DNA from: Octopus sinensis
Taxonomy: Eukaryota
DNA: 64,000 nucleotides
Direction of reading: 5' to 3'
Assembly (NCBI RefSeq): GCF_006345805.1
Contig: NC_043005.1
Coordinates: 43,710,001-43,774,000, forward strand
Positions 1-12,780 of the stretch are shown here, piece after piece. A program made the translations under genes and the position numbers. Under the pieces are notes generated by a model that saw nothing but the letters and a program-made list of their open reading frames with translations, had not been told where the DNA came from and made no database searches. The stretch's first letter is position 1; each line of letters starts with the position of its first letter.

Positions 1-281
1 AAGTGTTAATGATGTGGGACACCCATTTCTGACATTTTGGTTAATAGTTTTAAATCTCCGAGAATGTATTGGCACTTTAATACAACCAAAGCACATTGTT
101 TAATATATGCATGCTCGTTTATCTAAACAATAAATCATCTTATCATCATCATCATCATCATCATCGTTTTATGTTGACTTTTCCTTGTTTGTATGGAGCT
201 GACGATATTTGTTGAAGCAGATATTCTTAGATATTCTTCAAGTGGACATTTTTCTTGTCACCAACCCTCACCTGCCAATTC

Positions 282-503
282 CTAGTTAGTTCGCCACCAT
301 CAATTCACCGAAGGGAAAAGTTCACTGCCATCAATTCACTATGAAGAAAGTTCACCATGAGGAAAGTTCACTGTGAGAAAAGTTTACGAAGAAAATATAT
401 CCATTAATAGATAAAAACTATTGTTTATTGAAAAACAAAAAAGGCAATGAATTGATGATGGTTAACTTTCCTTGTAGTGAATTGATGATGGTGAATTCAC
501 CAG
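282..503. mobile_element. MITE-like element with TIRs and reiterated subterminal motifs (copy 1 of 3)
   Basis: Left end CTAGTTAGTTCGCCACCATCAATTCAC; right end reverse-complements to CTGGTGAATTCACCATCATCAATTCAC. The motif AAAGTTCAC recurs near the left end. Related copies lie at 5410-5638 and 43271-43574. Confidence 0.7.
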
Positions 504-689
504 ATAGATCACCTGTCAGATACGTTTTTTGAAAGAATACTGGAAAAGCACAAAATTGCTTGTTTAACAATGATGCTCGTTTACAATGATCATGAGATGT
601 CTAGACAAGGGTACACACTAGCATATACACTGAACAAAGCCCATTTTGTGAATATATATATATGTGTGTGTGTGTATGTATATATTTGT

Positions 690-860
690 GTGTTTGTGTT
701 TACGTCACCATAACTTAGCGGTTCAGCAAAACGAGTTCAATAGAATAAATACTAGGCTTACAAAGAATAAGTACTGGGGTTGATTTGTTCGACTAAAGGT
801 GGTGCTCCAGCATGGCTGCAGTCAAATAATTGAAACAAATAAAAGAATAAAAGAATATAT
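690..860 (+). mobile_element. SINE family A, 3' half
   Basis: TAACTTAGCGGTTCAGCAAAA...GGTGGTGCTCCAGCATGGCTGCAGTCAAAT...GAAACAAATAAAAGA matches the 3' half of the full copies at 12188, 22713 and 48056. Confidence 0.8.
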
Positions 861-1624
861 ATATATTTATATATATATATATATGCTTGTGTATATTGCT
901 CTACAACAATGCATCAAGTTGGGTTCCTTAACTCCAGAGGGTATCTTAATAATTCACTTATTAAGGGTGGATAGAATAAATATCATAACTGAAATATCTA
1001 CAACTCTATGCCTGATAAAATCCTTTAAGGGTGGTGCTACAGCATGACCTCAGTCCAATGACTGAAACCAATAAAGAACAGTGGAATCTCGATGCTTTCA
1101 TACATTTGTCAAACCAACTTTATGCGGCCAGTTTTTGAAGAACATTTATAAAAGTGCAGAATTTGCACAAATCTAAGCAACTTACACCAGCATGAAAAAT
1201 GTTAATATAAAAGAAGTGAAAATAAGATTTAGTTTATGAAACTATCTGAAATTATAAATTTATGAAGGTGGAAAAAAAAAAGAAAAAAAAAAGAAGAAAA
1301 AAAAAAGAAAAAGTCTTTTAAATGAGAGAAGTGAAAAGCCCTTTGAATAAGAACTAGGAAAACAACTGGATCGTTCAATTGAACTGGCAGATCTATATTA
1401 ATGTGTCTGCATGACATTTCAGTCAACTGGAATTTTCAGTAACTTTAGACTTATATTGCAAAATTGTAAAATATTTTCATAGTTTTGTATTTCATTTTAG
1501 TAATATGAGATTATCAAATCACATGCGTACATATGGACACGCTAACACACACAGACATGAACACACACACATAAGCACACATACACATGCACACGGACAT
1601 AGACTCACATATTACAGATATATA

Positions 1625-1679
1625 ATATATATGTATGATTGATATGCATATATGTATATGTGTGTTTGTATATATATAT

Positions 1680-1722
<43 letters not shown>

Positions 1723-1785
1723 GTATATATATAAATATATGTATGTACATATGCATATATGTATGTGTGTATTTATTTATATATA

Positions 1786-1860
<75 letters not shown>

Positions 1861-2010
1861 ATATATATATATATACACACACACACGCACACATATACAT
1901 GTATACATAATCATGCATACATACATATACGAATATACACATCTACATCACATCCACATGTACACACATACACATCACACACTCATACACAGACATAACA
2001 TCATAAATAC
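1625..2010. repeat. (TA)n/(CA)n compound microsatellite
   Basis: Directly visible; explains the YIYI/HTHT ORFs. Confidence 0.95.
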
Positions 2011-2395
2011 ACATATAATTTCCAAATTTCAATTTTTTTTTACGTCCCTGTACATAATTCTTCACATTCAAGAAAAATGATGCAAAATATTTTTCAACTT
2101 TTTGATTAATTTCAAATTTAATGTATTGATTTTATATTTAAGGTTAGACAGTATATTTTTTAACTCTCCCAATAAACACTTGTGGCAAAGAGACAAGATG
2201 TCTATTTCCATATTATCTGCATTTACATGTGTGTGTTGTGTAGTAGTTGCGACCACATTATAAAGTGTTCCATCATGGCTTTGCCTCTGATCATTATAGA
2301 ACTTAAGGAGCACGCATGTATGTCTGTAGAAAGATGAAAAGGGTAAAATGTTTCAACAGATGAAGTATGAGAATATAAATTTATGCGTAGTTGGT

Positions 2396-2439
2396 TCATC
2401 ATCATCATCGTCATCATCATCATCATCATCTTCATCATT

Positions 2440-2490
<51 letters not shown>

Positions 2491-2555
2491 TTCTTCATCA
2501 TCATCGTCATCATCTTCATCATCATCATCATCATCACCATCATCACCATCATCAC

Positions 2556-2586
<31 letters not shown>

Positions 2587-2666
2587 TTCTTCATCATCAT
2601 CGTCATCATCTTCATCATCATCATCATCATCACCATCATCACCATCATCATCATCACCATCATCAC

Positions 2667-2697
<31 letters not shown>

Positions 2698-2706
2698 GTC
2701 GTCGTC
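2396..2706. repeat. ~310-bp (CAT)n microsatellite, the expanded tail of a minus-strand family E retroelement
   Basis: The CAT/CAC/CGT triplet array directly abuts TTTAATGTCCATTTTCTATGCTGGCATGGG, the reverse complement of the family E 3' end. Confidence 0.9.
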
Positions 2707-2845
2707 CTTTAATGTCCATTTTCTATGCTGGCATGGGTCGGCTGGTTTGACCAGAGCTGACAAGCTGGAGAGCCACACGAGGTTCCAGTCTGATTTGGCT
2801 TTGGTTTCTATGGTTGGATGCCCTTTCTAACAGCAACCACCGTAC
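2707..2845 (-). mobile_element. Family E retroelement 3' end (5'-truncated, (GAT)n tail; RTE-like LINE 3' UTR or derived SINE)
   Basis: Matches the 3' part of the long copy at 58358-58870 (GGGCATCCA...TAGAAAC...CCCATGCCAGCAT...GGACATTAAA-GATGATG). Confidence 0.8.
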
Positions 2846-3149
2846 TGTATCAGTTGGTCCTGTAATGAAGAAGTTAGTCTTGTAATTATTACTGTTTGTT
2901 CCAGGTTTTGATCGAACCCACAGTATGGCACTGTAGGCAAAAATGATTTCTTTTATTTAGCCATGGATTAAGCGAAATTTGATAAAAATTACATGGGAAC
3001 CTGTTACATGTATATATTCATGCACACACAAACATACATATGTATATCATCATCATCATCAATCATCATCATCATCATCATCATCATCAGCACCACCACC
3101 AACACCACCAGCACCACCACCACCACCACCATCTTCATTCTCATCATCA

Positions 3150-3410
3150 TTTGATGTCTGTTTCCCATGCTGGCATTGGTTGGACAGCTTGACAGGAAAT
3201 GGCAAGGCCAGGGGCTGCACCAGCTTCCAGAGTCTGTTTTGGCTTGGTTTCTACAGCTGGATGCCTTTACTAGTACAAACCATTTTCCATATGCTCAGTG
3301 CTTCTTATGTGGCATCATCACCAGTGCTTTTTACATGGCACCAGGACCAGCAATTCTTATGTGGTACCAACACCAACACCAACACCAATGGCACTTTTTA
3401 TATGGCACTT
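3150..3410 (-). mobile_element. Family E retroelement 3' end
   Basis: Same motifs as the other family E copies; CAT/CAC tail at 3047-3150. Confidence 0.75.
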
Positions 3411-3459
3411 TGGTATTAGGATACCAATTCTGTTGTGTTGGGGAGGTCTTCTTGAGTAC

Positions 3460-3501
<42 letters not shown>

Positions 3502-3799
3502 CAATTGCAGCATGGAAGGTGTTTATAAGCCATTTAAAAACACACAAAACCTGTTAGATTCATTTCAACATTTAAATTTAATTTGCCAAAATATTTTCAT
3601 CACTTTGAGACCGCAACCTATTCACTGACAAAATTACTTGTCAGTGAACAGGTCGTGGCCTCAAAGCAAAGAAAATATTTTGGCAAATAAAGTATAAATG
3701 TTGTGGTGAATCTAACATGTTTTGTGTGTTTTTAAATGGCTTATAAATATCTTCCACACTACAATTGTTTTTGTTTCAGCACACAATCTCAGATCAGGT

Positions 3800-3800
<1 letters not shown>
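3502..3800. mobile_element. Inverted (tail-to-tail) repeat terminus, possibly Penelope-like
   Basis: The arms 3502-3631 and ~3638-3767 are imperfect reverse complements. The same sequence occurs at 12661-12735 and 12860-12976. The PLE assignment is inferred from the inverted arrangement. Confidence 0.5.
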
Positions 3801-3832
<32 letters not shown>

Positions 3833-4036
3833 CAGAATATGGAGGTTTAGTTCACTGATGATCTAAATGAATAGGTACACTGGTTAAGTGCTGTAACGGA
3901 TTATCGGGGGTTCGAAGCTTTGAACTGAGATAGGAGATAGGAATTCATTTTAAGCTTCCAATTTAGTAGATATATATTTGTGAAATGCCTCAGTGTTTGT
4001 TGCCCTCTTTCACAAATAAATAAATATATATATATG

Positions 4037-4084
<48 letters not shown>

Positions 4085-5184
4085 AAAGAAGGTTTGAAAA
4101 TGCAATTTTAAAAGGTGTTTATTCACTTGACCAGTTTCACTTTTTTAGTAAAAGATTGTCAAAAGTAAAATGTAAAAGCTTTGTTGTGTTAAGTACTGGT
4201 TGTCACAAAATATTACAATACATATATACATTCTTTGATGATAATAATAATAATAAGAAAAATATTAAAACAGTTTACAAGGAAAAATCTTGAGAAAATA
4301 TTAAAAAGTTCATTGAAAATATTAGGATTTCATTAAAAATCATGTTTGCTTGAAAGTATCTATATATATACACAGAAAATTATAAGTTCAAAAAGGTCAT
4401 ATTTTGGTGGTATATGTATATATACAGAAGGAGATATATTTAGGAGTTTACAAAGAATTTAAAATAAACTGATCTTTTTTTTCCATTTTTCATTTTCTGT
4501 GACAGTGTGGGAGGTTGGTTTGGGTGGGGGGAAGGAGGCACAATGTGGAATTGAAAGAAAATTTTTGTTGTTTCTCTTTAGTCTTTCACGGTTCAGTGGG
4601 TTTTGGGACTGGTCTGAGAGGTCAGAATGGTGTGAGTGTGTGTGTCTGTGTGTATATACATGTGTTTGTGTTTCTGTATGTGGGTTGTTTTTGATTGGTC
4701 CCAGGGTTTATTGTGGTGTATGTAAATGTGTCTGTGTGTGTTTAATATTTGGTAGAATGGTGTGTGTATATGTGTGCATGTTTATGTGTGTGATTAATAT
4801 TTGTTAGGGTGTTGCGTGTGCGCAAGTGTGTGTATGTGTTTCTTCATGTGTGCATATGTGTGTGTCTGTGGGTGCATGTGTATGCTTGTGTGTTTTTTTT
4901 GTTGGTGGGGATGTTATGTGTATCACTCTAAGAATATTTTAAGCTATGTCTGGCTAATAGCATTTTCTTTCCCAAAAGAGTTTATTCTAACCACCATTGT
5001 CAAGCATTGCTGCTGCCTCTGGCATGGGCACTGGCATCATCATTGTCATCATCATTGTTGTCGTCATCGTTGTCATCATCATCCCCGCTGCCACCGCCGC
5101 CACCACCACCATCATCATCATCATTATGTCATATCTATTTTTCCATGCTTGTATAGGTTGGTCAAGTTTCTTTGTAGCACCCTG

Positions 5185-5234
<50 letters not shown>

Positions 5235-5409
5235 ACTAGTATTTCTCAACCATTTTTTTCTACTCAAGGACCCTTTTGATTCCTGTTTTACTTGAGCGAA
5301 CTCTCAAAGCCATTTGCTGTTTTCCTATTATACTTTTATAATTAAGTATTATTAGGAATTGTATAAAAATTTTTTTTAATATTTTGTGTTTTATAGAAGT
5401 TTACATGTA

Positions 5410-5638
5410 CAGTAAGATCACCATTATCGATTCACCACAGGGAAAGTTCACTACCATCAATTCACTGGGGATTATTTATAAATAAAATAGTTTTTAACTA
5501 ATAATGGTGAGATACTATGGGATATATTTTCTTGGTAAACTTTACTCGCGGTGAACTTTCCTCATGGTGAACTTTCTTCCTGGCAAATTGATGGTGGTGA
5601 ACTCTCCTGTGATAAATTGAAGATGGTGAGCTTAATTG
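5410..5638. mobile_element. MITE-like element with reiterated subterminal motifs (copy 2)
   Basis: GGAAAGTTCACTACCATCAATTCAC on the left and reiterated GGTGAACTTTC / ATTGATGGTGGTGAACT on the right. Confidence 0.65.
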
Positions 5639-6017
5639 CAATTGCAATTTAATGCTCATAAATTTTAACAACAAAATCTTCCGTAGATCCCAAGGGTCAT
5701 ATGGACCCTGGCTGAGAACCTTAGTATGGACTCAACAGAGAAAATTGCCATTCTTTGCTTATGTGTGTGCCACACATTTGTCATAACCATTATAGAGGCA
5801 CTGAAGCAGTTGTCTTTGACAGGAATAAAGACCATCCTTGACTGTGTATCACTCAATGGAAAAATAGATGTGAAATAATGATAATGGTGGTGGTGGTGGT
5901 GTGAAGTCTATCTGTGTCTGTTGTTTCTTCTTGGTTTGTTTGTTGTATAATAAGATGATGAAGTTTAAATTTCACATGCTTCATAACCTATATGAAATAA
6001 AATTGTTACAACAACAA

Positions 6018-6220
6018 CTGGTGTTTTGGAAGGGCAGGCATCCAGCCATAGAAACCCAACCAAATCAGGCTATGGTACCTGGTATGGTCCCTGGCCTTGC
6101 CACTTCCTGTCAAGCCATCCAACCCATGCCAGCATGGAAAATCAATGTTAAATGGTGATGATGATGATGATGATGACGATGATGACGACGATGACGACGA
6201 CGACGACGATGACGATGATA
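6018..6220 (+). mobile_element. Family E retroelement 3' end with (GAT/GAC)n tail
   Basis: GGAAGGGCAGGCATCCAGCCATAGAAAC...AACCCATGCCAGCATGGAAAATCAATGTTAAATGGTGATGATG. Confidence 0.8.
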
Positions 6221-6725
6221 CTGTATTTTCTGACATACAATTCAAATTTTTCAGACCAAAATTTACAGTAAAAAATTCTTGGATGTCGTATATACCAAGA
6301 CAAGTTTGGAGGACTGAAAATCCCAGGTGAAATATAACATGATTTGAAAAGATTGCAGTAATATTTGAATGTCTACACTATATACTACATTGGCTTGTAT
6401 GTCAAGGAAATATGGTATACAGAGATAGTACGTTTATGAAAAGGAAAATACCAAACAACAAAATATCTAAAAAATATTTATCATAGAATATAAAAAATAG
6501 CAGTAAAACAGTAAAAAAAAATGAATGAATGAAAGTGGTGTTTGAAGGCAAAGAAGAAAATATCAACTTGTGTCTCAGGAATAACATTTGGTTATTGCAG
6601 TCAAGGTGAAAATATAAATTTCAGTCTAATGCCACATGTTATACTCATGAATAACTTATAGGTTCTTTCTGTGTTGAAGAAGAAGTGATATAGAAAAACG
6701 AAAGTTCAATGACTCTGATGAAATA

Positions 6726-6890
6726 AGGCATGGTATGGCTGTATGTTAAGAAATTTGATTGCCAACCAAATGATTTTGGGTTCAGTTCTACTGCATGGTA
6801 CCGTTGGCAAGTGTCTTCTGCAATATCTCTGAGCAAACCAAAGTGCTGTAATTGGATTTGGTAGACAGAAACTGAAAGAAACCTTTTGTA
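6726..6890 (+). mobile_element. SINE family A, 5' half (tRNA-like head)
   Basis: Diverged match to GGCGTGGCTGTGTGGTAAGAAG...GGTTCAGT...GGCAAGTGTCTTCT...GGATTTGGTAGACAGAAACTGAAAGAA. Confidence 0.75.
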
Positions 6891-7462
6891 TATATACAAA
6901 CACACACACACACAGATATATATTTGTGTGTGTGTGTGTGTGTGTGTGCGTGTGTGTGTATGTGTGTGTGAATGTGTGTGTATGTGTGTGCGTACACATC
7001 CTCACTTTCACCATTTGCCAAATATATGTGTATATACATACAAACCCACACACACACGCGCACACCATAAAGGTTCATACACATGTCTATATACGCACAA
7101 GCACAAGAAAAAACAGGGCTAATGGTAACAATACAGAAAAAAGGGCATAAGGGAGTATACAAAGAGTAAACCACGGCTATATATGTACATATCCTTATGC
7201 ACACATACACACACACCCATATACGCACATACCCGCACACATACGCACACACAAAAAGGACAAAAATATATAACATATGTTATATATTTTAATAATTACT
7301 GGTATCTTTATATATTATATATGTAAAGCACAATATGTTATACATGTATGTATATTGTTGTAATTGTCATTTTAGTAAATAAATAAATAAATTGACATAA
7401 TATAATATCTGAAAGTTGATGAATATTACCTATCGATCCCCTCCATTTTCTTATTGCTCTCT

Positions 7463-7536
<74 letters not shown>

Positions 7537-7540
7537 CATA

Positions 7541-7900
7541 TACGATGGGCTTCTTTTAGTTTCCGTCTACCAAATTCACTCACAAGGCTTTAGTCTGCCC
7601 GAGGTTATGGTAAAAGCAACTTGCCCTAAGTGCCATGCAGTGGGACTGAACCTAAACTCATGTGCTTGGGAAGCAAGCTTCTTAACACACATACTCACAC
7701 ACACACGTGCACATACACATGCACACATATACACACATGGACAATAGACTTCCACGTAGTTTCCATCTACTAAGTCCACTTGCAAGGCATTGAGCAGCTC
7801 AGGGCTATAGTAGACAAATATACTCGTCCTGGGTGCTGCACAGTGGGACTGAACTTGGAACCGTGTGTTTGTAAAATAGGCTTCTTAACCACACAGCCAT
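7541..7900 (-). mobile_element. Two SINE family A 5' halves
   Basis: Reverse-complement matches at ~7541-7690 and ~7750-7900. Confidence 0.7.
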
Positions 7901-8805
7901 GTCTGCAAATGGTGGAGTGAATTTAGAGAACTATAATCTCTTGTATAAATTTATCTGGCAGCCTTATGGGTCCATGCAAGAAATTGATAGTGTCATGTAG
8001 AATGCTTAAGATTCCTTTGGTGAGCTTGTGTATCAGTCGCTCTCTGACAGGTTAATGGTCAAGCTTGTGGTAGTTGAGACCTCTGGCATTCTTTGCCACT
8101 CCAGATCATATCCCTACCCACAGCTTTCAGGGCAGAGATTGCTGTCTGCAAGTGTAAAGTCTGCGAGTCAGAGTGGCTGTTCCGGTTCATCTCCCTTGCT
8201 GTCCTCTGAGACAATGCCTTTTCCATTTTGTCTGCTGGTGCCATGACAAATGTTTCTATTTTGTGAGAGGCAAAACTCTCCATTAACCATTTACCAATAA
8301 GTCTGAATAATAAATCATAAGAACTGGCAATGTTAGTTGGGTGGGGAGTGCTAAGCACTAATAAGTGAAATTGTAATGTTATTATCAGTCCGAATATGTT
8401 TGATGCACGTTCAAACTGGGGAACAAGTAAAAGGAAAACGAATAATATATATAAACAGTGAAGTGTGGGTTTGTTCATTTATGTTCCTATAACTTAGCAG
8501 TCTGACAAATGAGACCAACATAATAAGTGCCAGACTTAAAACAGGTACTGGAGTTGACTTATTCCACTATATCATTCAAGGCAGTGCCCCAGCTTGGCTG
8601 CAGCCCAAAGACTAAACCATGTAAAATGTAAAATATGTGCCTGTCGTTTATTTTATTGACCAGAAGCAATAAAAAGCAAAATTGATTCTAGCAGGAAATG
8701 AACTCAGAATGCAACTTTATGATTTCATTTGCATCACACAAGCATAGACAAAATTATATAAAAGGAGTATTGTCAATTGAACCAACTAAAGATTATGTAA
8801 TTGAA

Positions 8806-9080
8806 ATCATCATCGTCGTCGTCTTTGTCATCAACATCATCGTCATTGTCGTCAACGTCATCGTCATTGTCGTCAACGTCGTTGTCGTCAATGTCGTCAT
8901 CGTTGTCGTCAATGTCGTCGTCGTTGTCATCAACGTCGTCGTCATTTAACATCTCTTTTCCAAGGATTGGATGGTTTGACTGGTGCTGGCAAGGCTGGGA
9001 GTTGCATCAAGTTCCACGTTATCTGTTTTGTCCTGGTTTCTATGACTGGATGCATTTTTAAATTTCAACCATTTTACAGA
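8806..9080 (-). mobile_element. Family E 3' end with degenerate (GAC/GAT/AAC) tail
   Basis: The tail at 8806-8945 abuts TTTAACATCTCTTTTCCAAGGATTGGATGGTTTGAC...GACTGGATGCA. Confidence 0.7.
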
Positions 9081-9641
9081 GTGTGAAATAGTTGTGATGT
9101 TTGGTTTGGTTTGGTTTGGTTTGGTTTGGTTTGGTCAATGACATTTGAACTGGAGGGAAATTAAACAACATGAACGATAACTGGTACCTGTCTCACACAA
9201 AACAGCACAAATAAATACATAACTGCTTCTGTTTTTTGCCATCCTTTTTTTTTTAACTCATCAGCCACCCAACCTTCTTTTCTCTACAATTAATGTCAGT
9301 TGCTACACCAGTTCCAATTGTTTTCTTTTTATGCAATCTCTTGAACTGTGATCCTTCTGTCAAGTATGCATTCATACAAAGTGTCACCTTCACTACTTTC
9401 CCATCTCTCCTTTTATCACATACACATGGAACAACTAAAAATATAACATATGATAAATAAAACACATATTCATTGCAAGAAAACCTCATTATTTTCCCAT
9501 TGGGATTTCAGTTTCTTCATCTGCAAAATAATATTCAATTTCCCAATTCTTCAATAATTCAACTATATTATATTTATTGCTTAATGTAAAGAAAAGATAA
9601 ATTTCATTCAATTTCAAACTGTCATACTTGAGATACTGTAA

Positions 9642-9687
<46 letters not shown>

Positions 9688-9820
9688 GTTTGAATGTAAG
9701 TATGCATGTATGTATTTGTGTATGTATGCATGCATATATTTACTTATGTACATATGTATGTATATGTGTGTGTGTGTCTGTCTGCATATATATATACATG
9801 CATACATACATACATATACA

Positions 9821-9856
<36 letters not shown>

Positions 9857-9889
9857 TATATGTATGTATGTATGTATACACATATACGG

Positions 9890-9948
9890 AGGATGTAAAC
9901 ACACTAACACTGGTTGTCAAGCTGGAAATGGTGGCCTAACACTGTCAC

Positions 9949-9986
<38 letters not shown>

Positions 9987-10155
9987 AACACACACACATA
10001 CAACAGGTTTCTTTCAGTTACAGTCTTCCAAATCTACTCACAAGACTTTGGTCAGCCCAAGGTTATTATAGAAAACATTTACCCAACCCAAAGTGTTACC
10101 CAGTGGGACTGAACCCAGAACCAAGTGGTCAGGAAGCATGTTTCTTTTCATACAG
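9890..10155 (-). mobile_element. SINE family A (partial, with central (CA)n)
   Basis: TTTCTTTCAGTT...CAAATCTACTCACAAGACTTTGGTC...CAGTGGGACTGAACCCAGAACCA. Confidence 0.75.
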
Positions 10156-10912
10156 CCATGCCTGCACTTCTATGCATGTGGCATTAAATTTAAGATGCAT
10201 CGGAGTATTATAATTTCTACCATACCATACCATACCAGGAAGGTGGACAACAGTACTGTTTATGCACATAGGAGACACTTAAAATCTTTATGACAGATAA
10301 TTATTACTTATTTAATAAATAAAATGAATTAATCATCGATTGTAAACACAGGATGGAGTGGTTATTTAGTAACTATCTTATTAATAATTTATAATTAATA
10401 ATTAATAGATTAAATGCATTCTTGATAACGCATAATTCAATTAGATGGAATGAGAGTACACAGTAAAGTGTATGTATTTCTTCGGTTCTTTCTTCTTTTC
10501 TTTCTGTTCATCCGTTTCATATTTTAATTGGAAAGATCATGAGGAGAATGACCCGCATGGAATGATACATAGGAAGGATGTGGCATCTAAGTAGACCTAT
10601 AACTAACAATATTTTAGTGACAGAAATAATTATTACTATAATAATAGTTAATAGTAAATATTTTCATTATCTTCTATTTTTGATCTTCTACTTATTTCAG
10701 TCATTGGACTCTCTGGACATGCTGGAGTAGCCCTTTAAAGGGTTTAGTTGAATGAATTGTTTTTTTAAGTTTGGTACTTATTCTGTTGGTCTGTTGCTGA
10801 ACCACTAAGTTACAGGGATGTAAACAAACCAGCACCAGTTCTCACATTGTCACATGGTGAAAGTGAGAACATTCACAAACACAAAGACACACAATCATAC
10901 ACACACATACAT

Positions 10913-10959
<47 letters not shown>

Positions 10960-11044
10960 CATACATCTGACATAATAGTTTGGGTTAGAGAAGAGAAACT
11001 GTATAAAGTTGTGGGAATCAGCTGCCCAGCAAATGTTAACATAA

Positions 11045-11460
11045 GGCGGCGAGCTGGTAGAAACGTTAGCACACCGGGCGAAATGTGTAGCCATATTTAG
11101 TCTGCCATTACGTTCTGAGTTCAGATTCCGCCGAGGTCGACTTTGCCTTTCATCCTTTTGGGGTCGATAAATTAAGTACCAGTTACGCACTGGAGTCGAT
11201 GTAATCGACTTAATCATTTTGTCTGTCCTTGTTTGTCCCCTCTGTGTTTAGCCCTTTGTGGGTAGTAAAGAAATAGGTATTTCGTCTGCTGCTACGTTCT
11301 GAGTTCAAATTCCGCCGAGGTCGACTTTGCCTTTTATCCTTTCAGGGTCGATTAAATAAGTACCAGTTATGCACTGGGGTCGACGTAATCGACTTAATGC
11401 ATTTGTCTGTCCTTGTTTGTCCTCTCTGTGTGTAGCCCCATGTGGGCAGTAAAGAAATAA
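11045..11460 (+). mobile_element. Dimeric SINE family B (full copy plus 5'-truncated copy) with 12-bp TSD
   Basis: The head GGCGGCGAGCTGGTAGAAACGTTAGC...GAGTTCAGATTCC has A/B-box-like motifs. The second unit starts at 11276. ATGTTAACATAA occurs at 11033-11044 and 11462-11473. Confidence 0.85.
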
Positions 11461-11489
11461 GATGTTAACATAAAGCTAAAGATCAGCAC

Positions 11490-11911
11490 AAAAGAAAATA
11501 CCTATGCTGAACTATTGAGGAATCTACAGCTACTCTATCCAGATTACATGTTCAGGTTTATACCTATAATTATTGGGGCACTGGGATATGTAACACACTG
11601 CCTAAATACCAATCTTGGGAAATTAAGCTTCTCAAAACCAGAAAGGAGAAAGCTGATTCAAAGACTACAGATCCAAGCCATCACTGGAACTGTAAAAATC
11701 TATAAAACTTTCCAGAAGTTTATCATTTAAGTATATATACATGAGAATACATGCATAAAACAAAACATGCAAATCTGAACACATACATACATACAAAAAT
11801 ACCCTGTTGATGTTGTAGAAATTCCATTGTAGGAGCCTTGGATCTAGGTTAGAAACCAGCTCTTTCGTTATTGGCAACAAATCTTGAAATAAAACTGAAT
11901 AATGACATACA

Positions 11912-11920
<9 letters not shown>
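11490..11920 (+). mobile_element. 3' end of an RLE-type non-LTR retrotransposon (R4/Dong/NeSL-like), ORF C-terminus plus 3' UTR
   Basis: Translation KENTYAELLRNLQLLYPDYMFRFIPIIIGALGYV...QAITGTVKIYKTF* resembles the K..Y..L...IPIVIGALG end of restriction-like endonuclease domains. It is followed by AATAAA and a (CATA)n tail. Confidence 0.7.
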
Positions 11921-11943
<23 letters not shown>

Positions 11944-12187
11944 CACAGAAAATTCCAAACATTCTCCATGTGAGATTCTTATGTGAATAGATACACACAC
12001 TTGCATGTAAATATTGACAGTCCAACCAAAATACCATCCCAGCCACATATTTACCAGGAACACTCTTAACTCAAAAAGTCTTGTTGCTTTGTTAGCAACC
12101 AGCTTACACACTCTCTAGAATAATTGAAATCAAACACAATGAAAAATCTTACATACATATATGTGTATATGAAAACATATACATATA

Positions 12188-12580
12188 GGTGCAGGCGTAG
12201 CTGTGTGGTAAGAAGCTTGCTTCCTAACCACATAGTTTGGGGCTTAACCCCATTGCCTGGCACCTTGGGCAAGTGTCTTTTACCATAGCCTCAAGCTGAC
12301 CAAAGTCTCGTAAGTGGACTTGGTAGATAGAAACTGAAAGAGGCCTGTCATATATGTGTATGTGTGTGTGTCTGCATGTCTGTTTGTCTGTCTCTGCCTG
12401 TGTTTTCCGCCCACCATTGCTTGACAACCGATGTTGGTGTGTTTACATACCTGTAATCTAGCAGTTTGGCAAAAGAGACTGATCGAATAAGTACTAGGCT
12501 TACAAAGAATAAGTCCTGGGATCAATTTCTTTGACTAAAAACCCTTTAAGGTGGTGCTCCAGCATGACCACAGTAAAATA
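12188..12580 (+). mobile_element. Near full-length SINE family A (tRNA-like head, central microsatellite)
   Basis: GGTGCAGGCGTAGCTGTGTGGTAAGAAGCTTGCTTCC...AAGGTGGTGCTCCAGCATGACCACAG. Confidence 0.9.
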
Positions 12581-12611
12581 ATAAAAGAATACACACACAC
12601 ACATATATATA

Positions 12612-12664
<53 letters not shown>

Positions 12665-12739
12665 TGCAGTGTGGAAGGTGTTTATAAGCCATTTGTGTGT
12701 TTCTTAAATGACTTATAAACACCTTCCACACTGCAATTG

Positions 12740-12780
<41 letters not shown>

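Noticed and set aside
2223-2830. Poly-His, poly-Asp, poly-Ser and poly-Met ORFs
   Set aside because: These are translations of a (CAT)n retroelement tail, with no splice or codon evidence.
8059-8478. 139-aa minus-strand ORF in a GC-richer unique segment
   Set aside because: No recognisable domain, and neighbouring frames have scattered stops; probably an old TE fragment but cannot be assigned without a search.
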